64,000 bases of DNA from Octopus bimaculoides (Eukaryota): the NCBI RefSeq assembly GCF_001194135.2, contig NC_068990.1, positions 16,044,650 to 16,108,649 of the forward strand. The letters are read 5' to 3'. The notes under the pieces are model-generated. The model ran no database searches. It was not told the origin of the DNA and saw only the letters and a list, made by a program, of their open reading frames with translations. The position numbers and the translations under genes are program-made. Shown here piece by piece: positions 12,758 through 25,968 of the stretch. How positions within the stretch are numbered: the first letter of the stretch is position 1; each line of letters begins with the position of its first letter.

Positions 12758-14402
12758 ATGATTAAGGAACTGGTTCAGTAAGAAATACCTTGCTGGAATA
12801 TTTAAGTTTAGCATAACAATACAATTTAAAGAAGACTTCTCAATGGAACCAGCAGGATTAATCCCAATAAAATATGTGACCAGCATAAGGAATCATTATA
12901 TTCTAACTAATTGAAATTCAGTGAATGACATTCTGCTGGTTTTCCTGTTGAATTTTATATTCTATTCAGGATTATAGTTCATGGTGTGGAATTTGAAATT
13001 CAAAACATCCTTATTCATTTTGATGTTTGCCTCTCGCAGCTACAGATTTTTAAATAGATCAGTACAATTAGTTGATGTTTAGCTAAATGTGAGAGCCCTG
13101 CTGTGAGGTTAGAGATTAGAGATGGGTTGGCAAGTTAATATAGACTTGTGGTGGTGCTGGGGGTCTGTGTAGCAAGACAAAGGATCAATAAATACTTGAT
13201 ATGATTTTTTATCATTAAGGGTACTGAATTATTTTAGTGAGCTGAATCTGAAAGACTGCAGTAATTTAAGGCTAAAACTCACTAATTAGTATTCACCAAA
13301 CACATATTCTACATTAAATATTCTGACTACATAAACATAATATCATTGAATTTTTATTGTTCATTATCAATTTTAGATATTTTTGACAAATTTCTTTAAA
13401 CATTTTTATTAAAATGTGGTAATGACAAAAGAAAGAAGGATTTATTGTTTTTAAATCAAGGTTTTTTTTTTATTATACTTGATGAAGGTTGATATGCTAT
13501 CAACAATTTCATGAATGATATAAGAAGTTTGCTAACCCTTGGGTTAGAGATTAGAGTGTGAAGATAAACAACCATTAGGATTACTGAATCTGTAATGCGA
13601 GTTCAATTTAAGGGCAAGCCATTTTAAGTGCATTTATTCTTCTTATTGGCATAGCAAAAAGAAGACAAGAACTCAAAAGAGCACAGATGTCAAATGGTGT
13701 GGGACACACACACACACAGACAAACATATTCCTTGTTTTTATGACAAGTTATATATAAAACGTTGTTATATTTTGCCAATAAACGCACACACTGTTTATT
13801 TGATCTTCACTTTAGCTTTATTATTATTATTGGTTTATGTGTCAGTTCTTTCATCACACATTATGTGACTTTTCAATGGTACCACTGAAGGTATAAACAG
13901 GACAAGACCAGTGAGAAGAGGGGACATGAAGAACAGAATGTCATTAAAGAGGTCCAAGTATGTATGATGGAAGAACTCTGACAAATAAATTAATAATCAT
14001 AATAATCCTTTCTACTAATGGATCAAGGCTTGAAATTTTGCAGGGAGGGGACCTGTCGATTACATTGGCCACAGTGTTTCACTGGTACTTAATTTATCAA
14101 CCCTGAAAGGCAAAGTTGACCTCAGTGGAATTTGAACTCAGAAATGTAAAGATGGATGAAATGCCACTAAGCATTTTGCCTGGCATGCTAATGATTTTGC
14201 TAGCTTACTACTACTACTACTACTACTACTACTAAAGTGAAGATCAAATAAATAGTGATGTGTGTTTATTGGCAAAATGACCGTCCCAAAATATAACAAT
14301 ATCTTTCAACACACAATTTCACATCAAGAATCTTGCAAAACAAATACATAAATGTAATTATAAAATAATTTAACATTAACCAAAAGATTACTTAATACTT
14401 TT

Positions 14403-14550
14403 GAGTAGAGAGCACATATTTATTAAATTTTTACAAGATGACGAGTGACCGTACCTTTAAAGTTTCAGCTTGCTAGGCAGTCCCACAAAAGCTAGCAGGC
14501 TGAAACTTTGTAATCACTTCTTTACTTGTAAAAGTCAATGAACATACATG
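14403..14550. mobile_element. Foldback MITE
   Basis: Inner arms AAAGTTTCAGCTTGCTAG / CTAGCAGGCTGAAACTTT and outer arms TTTTACAAG / CTTGTAAAA; same family as 9300-9655. Confidence 0.55.
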
Positions 14551-14883
14551 TATATATTTCAGTAAGTTTGACTCAGCTCCATATGACTTAAAGTTCTGTG
14601 GGTGCATAGGACAAACTCCTCTCATCAGATATCAGGAGAAGAGTTGTGGTTTTGAGACAAATTCAAGATGGCTTTAAGATATCGGGTGTTGAGTGTCATT
14701 TTCTTTTGTTTTTTCACTCACTTGCATCCCTATAACTTAGCAGTTCAGCAAAAGAGACCGATAGAATAAGTACCAGGCTTAAAAGAAAAATCCTGGGGTT
14801 GATTCATTTGACAAAAAATTCTTCAAGGCAGTGCCCCAGCGTGGTCACAGTTTAATGAGTAAACAGATAAAAGATAAACGATA

Positions 14884-15785
14884 CGAAGTGATATCAAAAA
14901 GCCTCCAGATTAGTTCTGTAGTGCACCAACAAATGGTAGCGCATGGTTGTGTGCGTGCACAGTGAGAGTTAGCAGTGACCTTCACGCGGCAGTGTGCCAA
15001 GTGGCATCGCTGTGTTTACTTCACAAGTTGTGATATTTTTGTTTTGTGATCATGTGTAAGCTGTAGTCTGTGATTTTGTCGTGAACAGGAACAAAGAGCC
15101 AATGTGAAATTTTGCATTAAACTTGGGAAATCTGCTACAGAGACATTGAGCATGCTTCAGAAAGCTTACAGTGATGAGGCAATGGGTCAAACACAATGTT
15201 TCAAGTGGCATAGGCCCTTCAAAAGCAGAAGAATGTCCCTGGAAGAGGATGAGCAATCTGGAAGACCTGCCACGAGCATTACTCCTGGAAATGCGGTATT
15301 GTGCATTGAGAATTCATCCCTCAGGGCCAGACTATTAATTGAGAGTTCTACTGTGACAGTTTGAAGCATTTGAGGGAGGACAGCTGGTGAAAGCGACTGG
15401 ACCCGTGGAGCACGAAGAATTAGATTCTTCACCGAGCTTTCCTCATTTGTGAGTTTCTTGCCAGAAGCAATATGGTATCACATCCACATTCACCCTGTTC
15501 ATCAGATTTAGCACCAGCAGACTTCCATCTCTTCTCTTAGATAAAAATGCATCTCAAAGGTTGCTGTTTTAGCACCGTTGTTGAGATCCAGAGCAAATCA
15601 CAGAAGGTCCTCTACTCACTTACAGAAAACAACTTCCAGACCAGATTCCAAAAGTGGCAGGAACACTGGGACCGGTGTATTGCCGCGCAAGGTGACTATT
15701 TTGAAGGAGATGATGTTAAAACTTAGGTAAATAAGTTATTCTTTACTCAACATAACTAGTCCAGAAACCTTTTGATATCACCTCA
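14884..15785 (+). mobile_element. Mariner element, internally deleted, transposase pseudogene
   Basis: TA flanks; TIRs CGAAGTGATATCAAAAAGCCTCCAGATTAGTT / AACTAGTCCAGAAACCTTTTGATATCACCTCA. Encodes the HTH region EQRANVKFCIKLGKSATETL...SGRP and the C-terminal SSDLAPADFHLF...WDRCIAAQGDYFEG, with stops. Confidence 0.92.
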
Positions 15786-15878
15786 TATATATTCTACTGT
15801 TCCATTATTAGTTGGATCAACAAAAAAAACCCTCCATCCAGTGAGAGATAAATATCATTTAATATACACAATATTTAA

Positions 15879-16082
15879 CTCTTTAGCATTCACATTATTC
15901 TGTCAAACATAATGCTTATTTATTCACACTGTTTTGAAATAGTCATGCAAGATTTTGATGAAGTAATTGTTTATTTTTAGAGTGACATTGTAGGGTAAAT
16001 GTGAGCGGTAGGATTCAGCTGGTTTGATTGTAAAACAGGTGGAATATTTTGGCCAGTTATGGCTGGTTTAAATGCGAAGGGG
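15879..16082. mobile_element. piggyBac-type MITE (204 bp)
   Basis: TTAA|CTCTTTAGCATT ... AATGCGAAGGGG|TTAA. Confidence 0.65.
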
Positions 16083-16489
16083 TTAAATGGGAGCTGCTAT
16101 TAGTTTCATGCTACTAAATTGTTGTGTTTCCACAACATGAAACTGTTGATAATTCTTATGTAAACACACACACACATGACAGGCTTCCACCCAATTTCCA
16201 TCTCCCAAATTCATGCACAGAGCTATAACAAGATACTTGGCCAAGGTGTTTCACATTGGGGACTGAACTGAAACCCTCGGGGTTGCAAAGTGAGCTTCTT
16301 AACCACACAGCTACGCCTGTGCATTTAGTATGTTCATTGTTATAACATAAATACAGTTGGTTGGTGTTTAGTTAAATACAGCTAATCAATGATTAGTTCG
16401 ATGTAATCAATAAGTGTTTAGTAGTGAGCAAGGTGTCAATTGGGAGGTATTGAGTTGCTTAAATACATTTATTTATTATCAATGCTTCC

Positions 16490-16701
16490 AACACACCACC
16501 ACCACGTACTGCTGCTGTTGTTGCTGCTGCTGCTGCTGCTTCTTCTTCTGCTGCTGCTGCTACTGCTACTACTACTACTACTACTACTGTCACAGAAACC
16601 CCCCACCACCACCACCAGTATTGATATTTTAACACTATATGAACAGCAGATATTTACGGAACTACAATAAAATACCTCTCTAAAGTTTTGTTCAGTACTG
16701 C

Positions 16702-16732
<31 letters not shown>

Positions 16733-16830
16733 TATTGTTGTTGTTGTTATTGTTATCATTATCACCACTATCATCATTGCCACCAAAACCACCACCACCA
16801 CCACCACCACCACCACCATGATCATTATTA
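16490..16830. repeat. Compound trinucleotide microsatellites (CAC, CTG, CTA, ATT)
   Basis: Direct reading of the sequence. Confidence 0.9.
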
Positions 16831-18362
16831 TTGTTAAAACAAGAACTATATAAAACATTACAAAATGAAATAAAGAAGGTTGCAAAAAAAAAAAAATCAC
16901 GAACTAAATCTTAAAGAATTCATTTTCTGAAAAACAAGAAATACAACAACAACAATAATAATAATAAAACAATAGAAAAAATACAAAAAACATTTATAAA
17001 ACCCAATAAAAATTGTCATCTTTTATTTACCTTTCTAATAATTACTATTACTATTTTTATCATCATTGTTATTATTATTGTTTTCATGTCGTGTAATATT
17101 ACAATGGCTTTTGGTGCCCTTGTGGCAATTAAAGAAATTCTTCTTTCTCTTCTTCTTGTCTCTTCTCATTTTCTTGTTTCTCCTCTTCCTCCTCCTCTTA
17201 TGATTGATGTTATAATTATTGTAATAATAATAATAATAATAATAATGATAATAATAGTGATATTGTTATTATTGTTATTAGTAGTAGTAGTTGCAGTGGT
17301 GGTACTATTATCATCACCACCATGTTGTTGTTGTTATTATTACGTGATGTGTTCCAAAGAAAGAATTAGGAAGGAACAGTGGCATTGTTGTGCTGTCTTT
17401 GAGACAGAAATCTCCAAGAATGACTCTAACAATGATGGCTGGCAGTTAAATGCATAATTTGTAATGATGATGCCGATGATGCTGATGATGATGGATGGGG
17501 GATGATGTTGATGGTGATAACAGTGGTGGTGGTGGTGATGATGATGATGGTAGTGGGGATGGGTGAGTGATGTTGATGCTGGGGGTGGTGATGTCGATGC
17601 TGATGGTGATGGTAGTAGTGGTGGTGGTGGTGGTGGTGGTGGTAGGGACAATGATGGAAAGAGAAAGAAAAGCAAAAGAGGAAAAAAGAAACGAAGAAAA
17701 ATAGAAATACAGCAACAATAACAAGATCAATTAAAATAAAATAAAAATACAAAAATGAAATGAAGGAAGCAGAAAACAGAAACGTAAATGAAAAAAAATA
17801 AACAAAACAATTTAACGAATTTGAAAAAACATCAAAAGATAAAACTATCACAAACAAGTATAAAAGAATTGCTGTAGAAGAGCGATTGTTGCTTAGTGAG
17901 TCAATAATGAAATGCACTCATTGACCTGGCTTGGCAGACGCAAGAGACCGCACTCACCCCTCACACCTCAACTCCCCCTTTTCTATATTCTCTTGCTACT
18001 GCTGCTGCTGCTGCTGATGTTCTGTAGTGATGCAATCTCTTGGTGAATGGTAAAAAATGGTAATAATGGAACTTTACCAATCAGATTAGAAAGACAGGAA
18101 AGAAAAACAAAACAAATACAATAAAAATAATATAATTAAAGAAAAGAAAAAAAGAACAGCAACGAAATCTTTTATACAATAAAACAAAAAAACAAACAAA
18201 CCAAAACAAGAGATGTGCGTTTGCTGTAGGTTGTGCTTTACATTTAATGAGATTATCTAACGAAGAGATTAACGGAGTAAATTTTATATAGTTTTATACA
18301 TTGTGCAGTGCTCCAGTATGACCGTAGACAAGTGAAAGTAAAAGTAACACTACAACATTATT

Positions 18363-18402
<40 letters not shown>

Positions 18403-18418
18403 NNNNNNNNNNATTATT

Positions 18419-18459
<41 letters not shown>

Positions 18460-18528
18460 CACGTAGCATAATGTTTTTAATTTGGCACACATATATATAT
18501 ATATGTATATACTAAAATACCTTTACTT

Positions 18529-18567
<39 letters not shown>

Positions 18568-18911
18568 GTCATACAGATATATATATATATATATCTATCT
18601 GTCTATGTATATATCTGTATGCATGTATGTATGTATGTATGTATGTATGTATATGCACACATGCATAAACACATTTATAGACTACAATATATCTAATTTA
18701 GTACATGCATATATATGTATGTGTGTGTGTGTGTGCATGAATTTGGCTGTTTTCTTTTATTTCTAAAGCAAAAATCTTTAACTAAATAATGAAGTCGATA
18801 CGAGAAGAAGAGTAAAATTATTAGATTTGAAAAGGTGATGGTGTCTTCCACATTTTTGTCTGGTAGCAGCTCTCAAACTATGTATTGCACACACAAAATA
18901 TACAACATATA

Positions 18912-19469
18912 CGCAGTCAGATCAAAAAGTATTGGGACTGGCACTATAAAAAATACCCCCCCAAAAAACTACAAAACACATCAATTTGACATTTCATGTC
19001 CTTTGAAGTAGTCCCCTTCTGAAGCTACACACTTTGCCAGCATCGTTTTCATTGATGGAAGCATTCCTGGAACTCCTATTTTGGGATAATGAGCAACTGC
19101 CTCATCACATTCACTTGGATTTCCTCAAAGTCTTGAAATGTTGTTCCTTTCAGATGGGATTTGATTTTTGGAAAGGTTCTTAGCTGTTGGTAACCTCCAA
19201 ACCACATCTTTTTCCATGCATGCACTCACACATATGCCCAGACACAAACATATTTTCTCTGTCAAGGCCACTTTGTGGTGTGGTGAGATGACCACGCTCT
19301 ACACACTTTACTTCCGAGCACTGCTATAAACAATGGAAGTGAGCAAGAACTTTATAACTTGGTGAGCATGTGTGACAGAGTTCAAGGTCAGTCTGTGCCA
19401 AGTAGCTTCACTCTGTGTACTTTAGTTCTGTTACCATAACAACAGTCCTGATACTTTTTCATTACCTTG
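18912..19469 (-). mobile_element. Non-autonomous mariner derivative (558 bp)
   Basis: TA flanks and imperfect TIRs. Minus strand encodes FPKIKSHLKGTTFQDFEEIQ...CVASEGDYFKG with stops. Its 5' region is homologous to 29520-29730. Confidence 0.85.
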
Positions 19470-19478
19470 TATGACTAA

Positions 19479-19551
19479 TCCTTGGTAGTAACAGTGGTAA
19501 TAATCCTCACCTGTCACACAGGTGACCAGGGTTCATTTCTCAGTCAGAGAG
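19479..19551 (+). pseudogene. tRNA-Asp(GTC) pseudogene
   Basis: TCCTTGGTAGTAACAGTGGTAATAATCCTCACCTGTCACACAGGTGACCAGGGTTCATTTCTCAGTCAGAGAG follows the metazoan tRNA-Asp pattern; anticodon GTC at 19513-19515. The anticodon stem is broken by CpG-type transitions. Confidence 0.75.
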
Positions 19552-20043
19552 GCAGTACCCGAAAATGGCCACTGTCTAATGACTGACACAAGTAAAAAGA
19601 TATAAACTTTATCAATATAAAATGCACATATTATACATAATGTATATATATATGCATATGTATATTTATATAACAGATATATATAACATATTTGTGATAT
19701 ATATAATCTCTATCCATTCATTCCTGAGACGGTTGTGATGAGTAGAATCCTCAGGCATCCTCCTCTATAGGGTCCTGTCAGAAGCAAGCATCGTTTACTT
19801 TCCTATATAATATGTACATATAATACATGTGTGTATGTACACACATACATATATGTATATATGTGTGTGCGTATGTATATAGGTGTGTGTGTTTGTGTGT
19901 GTAATATGTGTGTGTGTATACACACATATATACATTCATACATTGAAGGTTAAATAGCTTACAGATGTAGAATTGTTCCAATACATTTCTTCAAATTTAT
20001 GGAAAAATATTGATTCTCAATGAGAAAAAATACTGATGTTAAT

Positions 20044-20104
<61 letters not shown>

Positions 20105-20123
20105 TTCTTTCTCTATCTCCCTC

Positions 20124-20156
<33 letters not shown>

Positions 20157-20166
20157 NNNNNNNNNN

Positions 20167-20212
<46 letters not shown>

Positions 20213-20231
20213 TTCTTTCTCTATCTCCCTC

Positions 20232-20278
<47 letters not shown>

Positions 20279-20558
20279 GATTGTGTAGTAAGTACATTTG
20301 GAGGTTATTTTGCTATTCTTTCATGGTCTATATATTAAACACACTAACACTAACAGTAATAGTATGTTAGTTTCTAATGTCTACACGTAAATATATATAA
20401 CATGATATATGATGTGTGTCTGTTAGTGTATATATCTATCTATATAAAACACGTATATAAATATCTGCATAAGTTACAAAGTAACTCAAAGGCTGAGAGT
20501 TTATATGCAAAACTCTAGGCCCTTTAAAAATTTGCCAATGAAAAATAAAATATATATA

Positions 20559-20811
20559 TTCTTTTATTCATTTATTCTTTTACTTGTTTCAGTCATTTGA
20601 CTGTGGCCATGCTAGAGCACTGCCTTTAGTTTAGCAAATCGACCCCAGGACTTTTCTTTGTAAGTTTGGTGCTTATTCTATCGGCCTCTTTTGCTAAACT
20701 GCTAAGTTACAGGGACATAAACACACCACCTTTGGTTGTCAAGCAATGTTGGGGGGACAAACACAGATACAAACATACACACACACATACATAAATACAT
20801 ACATACATACA

Positions 20812-20847
<36 letters not shown>

Positions 20848-21009
20848 TATATATGATGGGTTTCTTTCAGTTTCCATCTATCAAATCCACTCACAAGTGG
20901 GCCCAAGGCTATAATAGAAGACACCTGCCCAAGGTGTCACACAGTCGGACTGAACTCAGAACCATGTGGTTGGTAAGCAAGCTACTTACCACACAGCCAT
21001 TCCTGCACC
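20559..21009 (-). mobile_element. Family B bipartite SINE, full length
   Basis: tRNA-like head, internal (TACA)n/(TA)n tract, right half and (AAAAGA)-type tail. Confidence 0.85.
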
Positions 21010-21139
21010 TATACTCATACTTTGAGTTCTATTTGTCCTGTTTGAACTTCCAAACCTATATGTTATTTGTATAAATATATACATGTGTGTACATGTTGTT
21101 TATACACCTGTCTTCGTCTTTTGTCTTTCTGTAAATTTC

Positions 21140-21187
<48 letters not shown>

Positions 21188-21559
21188 ACATCCTGTTATT
21201 ATTCCCTTCTTGCAGTCCCCACTCCTGCATTCTCCCTTCAACCCTATCTAATCCTTATGGGTGTTGCCTGCCTCCCCTCTTCCATTTCCCCTATCTCTTC
21301 CCCTACACACTCTTACTAACCTCCACCCACTCCAGTTTCTCTGTCTTTACCCACCTTGTACTTTGAGGTGTGACCTGGACATCTCATCACCACAATTTGC
21401 CTCTTTGCAGTTACTACTGATTCATTTCTTACTCTCTTGGAAATGTGAATAACCTTGTGGCTTCCTTACAATTAGAACCTATTCTGACCCTCCCCTTTTC
21501 TTTCATACCTTGACCCTCATCTGCTAGCATAAAGACCCTCTTTTCCGGTGTTTTACAGG

Positions 21560-21773
21560 CTTGCAAGCTGCATGATAGCCTCACTTGTGCTGGTGGCATG
21601 AGAAAAGCACTCAGTATACACTGTAAAGTGGTTGGCATTAGGAAGGACACCCAGCCATAGAAAATATGCCAAAACAGACTTAAGAACCTGATGCTGTCTC
21701 TGGACCTGTCAGATCCTGTTAAACTGTCCAACCCATGCCAACAAGGAACATGAATGCTAAATGATGATGATGA

Positions 21774-21775
<2 letters not shown>
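21560..21775 (+). mobile_element. Old family A tail copy followed by (CA)n
   Basis: GTGGTTGGCATTAGGAAGGACACCCAGC...TCCAACCCATGC...AAATGATGATGATG. Confidence 0.65.
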
Positions 21776-21862
<87 letters not shown>

Positions 21863-22624
21863 TATGTACTTTGGTTTTTAATGTGTTGCACACTAAAACA
21901 TGAAATATATTCATTGATCAATTTCATTTCAAAGAAAAAAATGTGTGTAAAACTGCAACGAGGCAACCTCCAAGTGATGTCAACAGACTATTAGACACAG
22001 TGATTATGGTGCGATTTTTGTCTCTTCGGTGGCTATTACTGTGTTGTTCATTGAAGCTAAGCTGGAACTTTTGTTCCGATACATAAGAAATTGTTATGAG
22101 TTGAGGCTTGTCATGATGGAATTAATTTAGTATGCACACACAAAGCAGAGAGAGTTAATATAAAGATATGTACATATAGTTTTTTGATGAGCTCCTGCAC
22201 AATATATCATAAAAAAACATTGAAGCTCTGAGTGTGGCCTTCTTTCTATAAGATGGTATGATTTAAAGGAAATTGCTTGCTGTTTCTAGTATGTAGATTA
22301 ACCATATGGAAACTCTGTGTCTCTCTCATTGGCCTATAATGAGAAAGTTATGTTATTGGTATTCATGATATCATTCTTGTTTAACCCTAGGCCAGCTGTG
22401 ACCCAGCTGATAATGATCAAAGGCATTCTAACTATGACTGGCTCACCTTAATCTTGTCTTCATTGTTCAGTGTTCTCTCAAGCTACATTATCCAATGTGA
22501 CCTTACTTTTCTTTACTAATGGGACAGTTAGCTGCTATTTATGGCAGATTGAATGATCATGTGTAGATTCCCCTCTTCTGGCTTGGGTATTTACGATGTT
22601 GTTAGTGTTGTTACTGATAATGTT

Positions 22625-23140
22625 TTTGTTGACGACGGTGGTGGTGGTGGCTGCATTGGGATGGTGGTGATGATGTGGGAGTAGTGATGAGGACAGTGAT
22701 GGTGGTAGCAGGGATGGTGATGGTGGTGGAGGTGATGATGATGGTGGTGGCAGTGGTGATGATGATGATGGGGTGGAGATGAGGATGATGATGGTGGTGG
22801 CTGTGGTAATGATGGTGGGAGTAGTGATGGTGGTGGTGGTGGCAGTGGTGATGGTGGTAATGATGGTGGGAGTGGTGATGAGGACAGTGATGGTGATGGT
22901 GGTGGAGGTGATGGTAGTGGCAGTGGTGATGATGTTGATGGGGTAAGGATGAGGATGGTGATGGTGGTGGAGGTTATGATGATGGTTGTGGTGATGGCAG
23001 TGGTGATGAGGGTAGTAATGGTGGTAGCAGGGATGGTGATGACGATGGGGTGGGGATAAGGATGGTGATGGTGGTGGTGAAGATAATGATGGTAGCAGTG
23101 ATGATGATGATGGTGGTGGTGGTGGTTTCGGTGGTCGTGA
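22625..23140. repeat. Degenerate (GGT/GAT)n tract
   Basis: Direct reading of the sequence. Confidence 0.9.
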
Positions 23141-24279
23141 TTAAAATTTATCTGTTGAAAACTTTTTTCTTCTGAAATATCAAATCTTGCACAAGAACCA
23201 CAGTGGGGTAGATATGTGTTTTAAAAAGGTGCCATTTCTAACCAAATTACCCACAAAATACGCTAACGAGTCGTCACGTTATATGCCACGCAGTTTAGAC
23301 ATTTAAAAATGATGGGAATAATTTTAATTTAAATGAAAAAAAATTACCCAAATCGTAATTAACTGCAACTTGTCCATTTCAAAGTAGAGGACTAAGGTTT
23401 AATTAATTTCTTTTTAATTCAAATAAAAAAGTTTCATTAAATTATGTAATCTTTTTTATGCACTCCAAAACCACCATGTAAAAATTAGATCATCACCATC
23501 ATCATCTTCATGTAATGTCCATGTTCCATGTTGGTATGGGTTGGACGGTTTTGACAGGATCTGATGTGTCCAAGGATTGCATCAAGCTCCAACGCCTGCT
23601 TTGGCATGGTTTCTACAGCTGGATGCTCTTCCTCGCACCCTATCCATCCAGCTATCCATCTGTCTAGTCTGTCTGTCTGTCTGTCTATCTACTTACCTAC
23701 CTAATGATCATCATAATCATTTAGTGCTTGCTTTTCATGCTGACATGGGTTGGACAGTTTGACAGGTTTCTAGCAAGCCACAAGGCTGCACCAAACTCCA
23801 TTATGCTATCAACTATATTTAATGTTAGTTGCTGTTGTTTAACAATATGTCAATGCTGACCAATCAATTGTGCTATGAAAGTTGTTCCAGCCATGACCAT
23901 CCCATCTATATCTAGAACTATATCAGTCATTGTATCCCTTCTTTCAATGAGGGGAAATAAGGCGGGGTTTAAGAAAGATTTGGGTGAATATTCTTTAGTG
24001 GTATTGAAGGGCAGTGGACTGGCAGAATCATGGGAAAAAATGCCCTGCAGTATGTCTTCCAGCTCTTTACATTCTGAGTTCAAATCCCACCAAGATCAAC
24101 CTTACCTTTCATCCTTTCAGGGTTGATAAAATAAAGCACTAATCAAGTACTGGGTCCAATGTAGTCAATTAACTCCTTCCCCTTCAAAATTACTGGCCAT
24201 ATCCCTAAATTACAAATAATTATTTTTAGGATTATTGATGTGAACTTTTCTAATCTTCAACTATGGTTTTTATTGATCT

Positions 24280-24650
24280 GTGACTGTCTAGTAAGAAGTT
24301 TGCTTCCCAACCATATAATTCTGGGTTCAGTCCCACAGTGTGACACCTTGGGAAAATGTCTTCTACTATAGCCTTGAGCTAACCAAAGCCTTGTGAGTGC
24401 ATTTGGTAGACAAAACCTGGAAGAAGCTCATTGTGTGTGTGTGTTTGTTTCCCTGTTACTGCTTGACAACTAATGCTGGAATGTTTACATCCTCATAACT
24501 TAGCAGTTTAGCAAAAGAGACCAATAAAATAAGTACTATTAGCTTAAAAAAATGTAAGTAGTGGAGTCGATTCAGTCAACTAAAAAGTCTTCAGGGTAGT
24601 GCCCCAGCATGGCCGCAGTCTAATGACTGAAACAAACAAAAGATAAAAAA
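24280..24650 (+). mobile_element. Family B bipartite SINE
   Basis: Both halves around a (GT)n tract. Confidence 0.8.
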
Positions 24651-25059
24651 TCTGTGTACACCCAAACCAGTCAATAGTTCTCTAGATGTCTCATTGGTGC
24701 TTTGGTTAATATCGGTTACTGGAGAACTTTATAAATTATTATATGGGCCATGCCCAGTTGGCAGTCTTTTACACCACAGACCCCTGTGAGTTTTTTTCCA
24801 AATTGACTCTTTAATCTAGGATTATAATTATTAAGGTTCTCTATCATAACAGGGGTTTATGTAATTGTAGTTCATTAACATATGTGTTAATAAACTCTAA
24901 TTAAGAATATAATTAATGAATTCACTCACTTTATGATGTGTTATGCAATTTTCCTCAAGCACAAATTATGAATGAAAACTACACCACTACATGATGTGTT
25001 CCAGATACACACACACACACATACGCACATACATACATACGCACATAATGTTTAATTGT

Positions 25060-25242
25060 ATGGAAAACCCTTCGTGCTCTTTCAATATCTTGGTTGTCTT
25101 TTTCTGCTTTTCTTTACTTTCGCCAGTGATAGCCAATGTAGATTATTATGAAATTTTGAAAGTTTCTCGATCAGCTAGTCAGAAAGAGATTCGGCAAGCA
25201 TTCAAGAAATTGGCAGTCAATGAACATCCTGATAAAAAGACT
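25060..25242 (+). CDS. DNAJC10: First coding exon of an ER J-domain protein, most like DNAJC10/ERdj5
   Basis: Encodes MENPSCSFNILVVFFCFSLLSPVIA-NVDYYEILKVSRSASQKEIRQAFKKLAVNEHPDKKT: signal-peptide-like leader, J-domain helices I-II and the HPD motif. EIRQAFKKLA matches ERdj5 as I recall it. Strong phase-0 donor ACT|GTGAGT at 25243. The start could instead be the ATG at 25048 or an acceptor inside the leader. Confidence 0.8.
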
Positions 25243-25285
25243 GTGAGTATTTTATAAACTGTTTCATTATCATTTAAAATGCATA

Positions 25286-25579
25286 ACCGCCTGACTGGCT
25301 CCCGTAGGATTTTCGAGTGAGATCGTTGCCAGTGCCCCTGGACTGGCTTGTGCGGGTGGCACATAAGACACCATTTCGAGCGTGGCCGTTTTCGTGCGGG
25401 TGACACGTAAAAGCACCCACTACACTCTCTGAGTGGTTGGCGTTAGGAAGGGCATCCAGCTGTAGAAACTCTGCCAAATTAGATTGGAGCCTGGTGTTGC
25501 CATCCGGTTTCACCAGTCCTCAGTCAAATCGTCCAACCCATGCTAGCATGGAAAGTGGACGTTAAACGATGATGATGAT
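25286..25579 (+). mobile_element. Family A SINE-like retroposon, young copy just inside the DNAJC10 intron
   Basis: A 2-nt deletion and about 3 substitutions relative to 1-249; (GAT)n tail. Confidence 0.85.
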
Positions 25580-25588
25580 ACATACATA

Positions 25589-25968
25589 TTCTTTTATTCT
25601 TTTATTTGTTTCAGTCATCTTGACTATGGCCATGCTGGAGCACCACCTTTAGTCGAACAAATCGACCCCAGGACTTATTCTTTGCAAGCCTAGTACTTAT
25701 TTTATCAGTTTCTTTTGCTGAATTGCTAAGTTACAGGGACATAAACACAACAGCATCAGTTGTCAAGTGATGGTAGGGGGACAGACACACACACACACAC
25801 ACACACATATACACGACGGGATTCTTTCAGTTTCCATCTACCAAATCCACTCACAAGGCTTTGGTCGGCCCAAGGTTATAGTAGAAGACGCCCAAGGTGC
25901 TACACAGTGGGACTGAACCCAGAACCATGTGGTTGGTAATCAAGCTACATACCACACAATCACTCTTC
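25589..25968 (-). mobile_element. Family B bipartite SINE
   Basis: Both halves in reverse orientation around a (CA)n tract. Confidence 0.85.

Noticed and set aside
12790-13045. Exon-like segments on both strands
   Set aside because: Stops in all frames for one candidate; the other is a short unrecognised peptide with a weak acceptor.
17345-17440. Minus-strand AG/GT-bounded open segment (IIVRVILGDFCLKDSTT…)
   Set aside because: Embedded in trinucleotide repeats, no homology and no supporting neighbouring exons.
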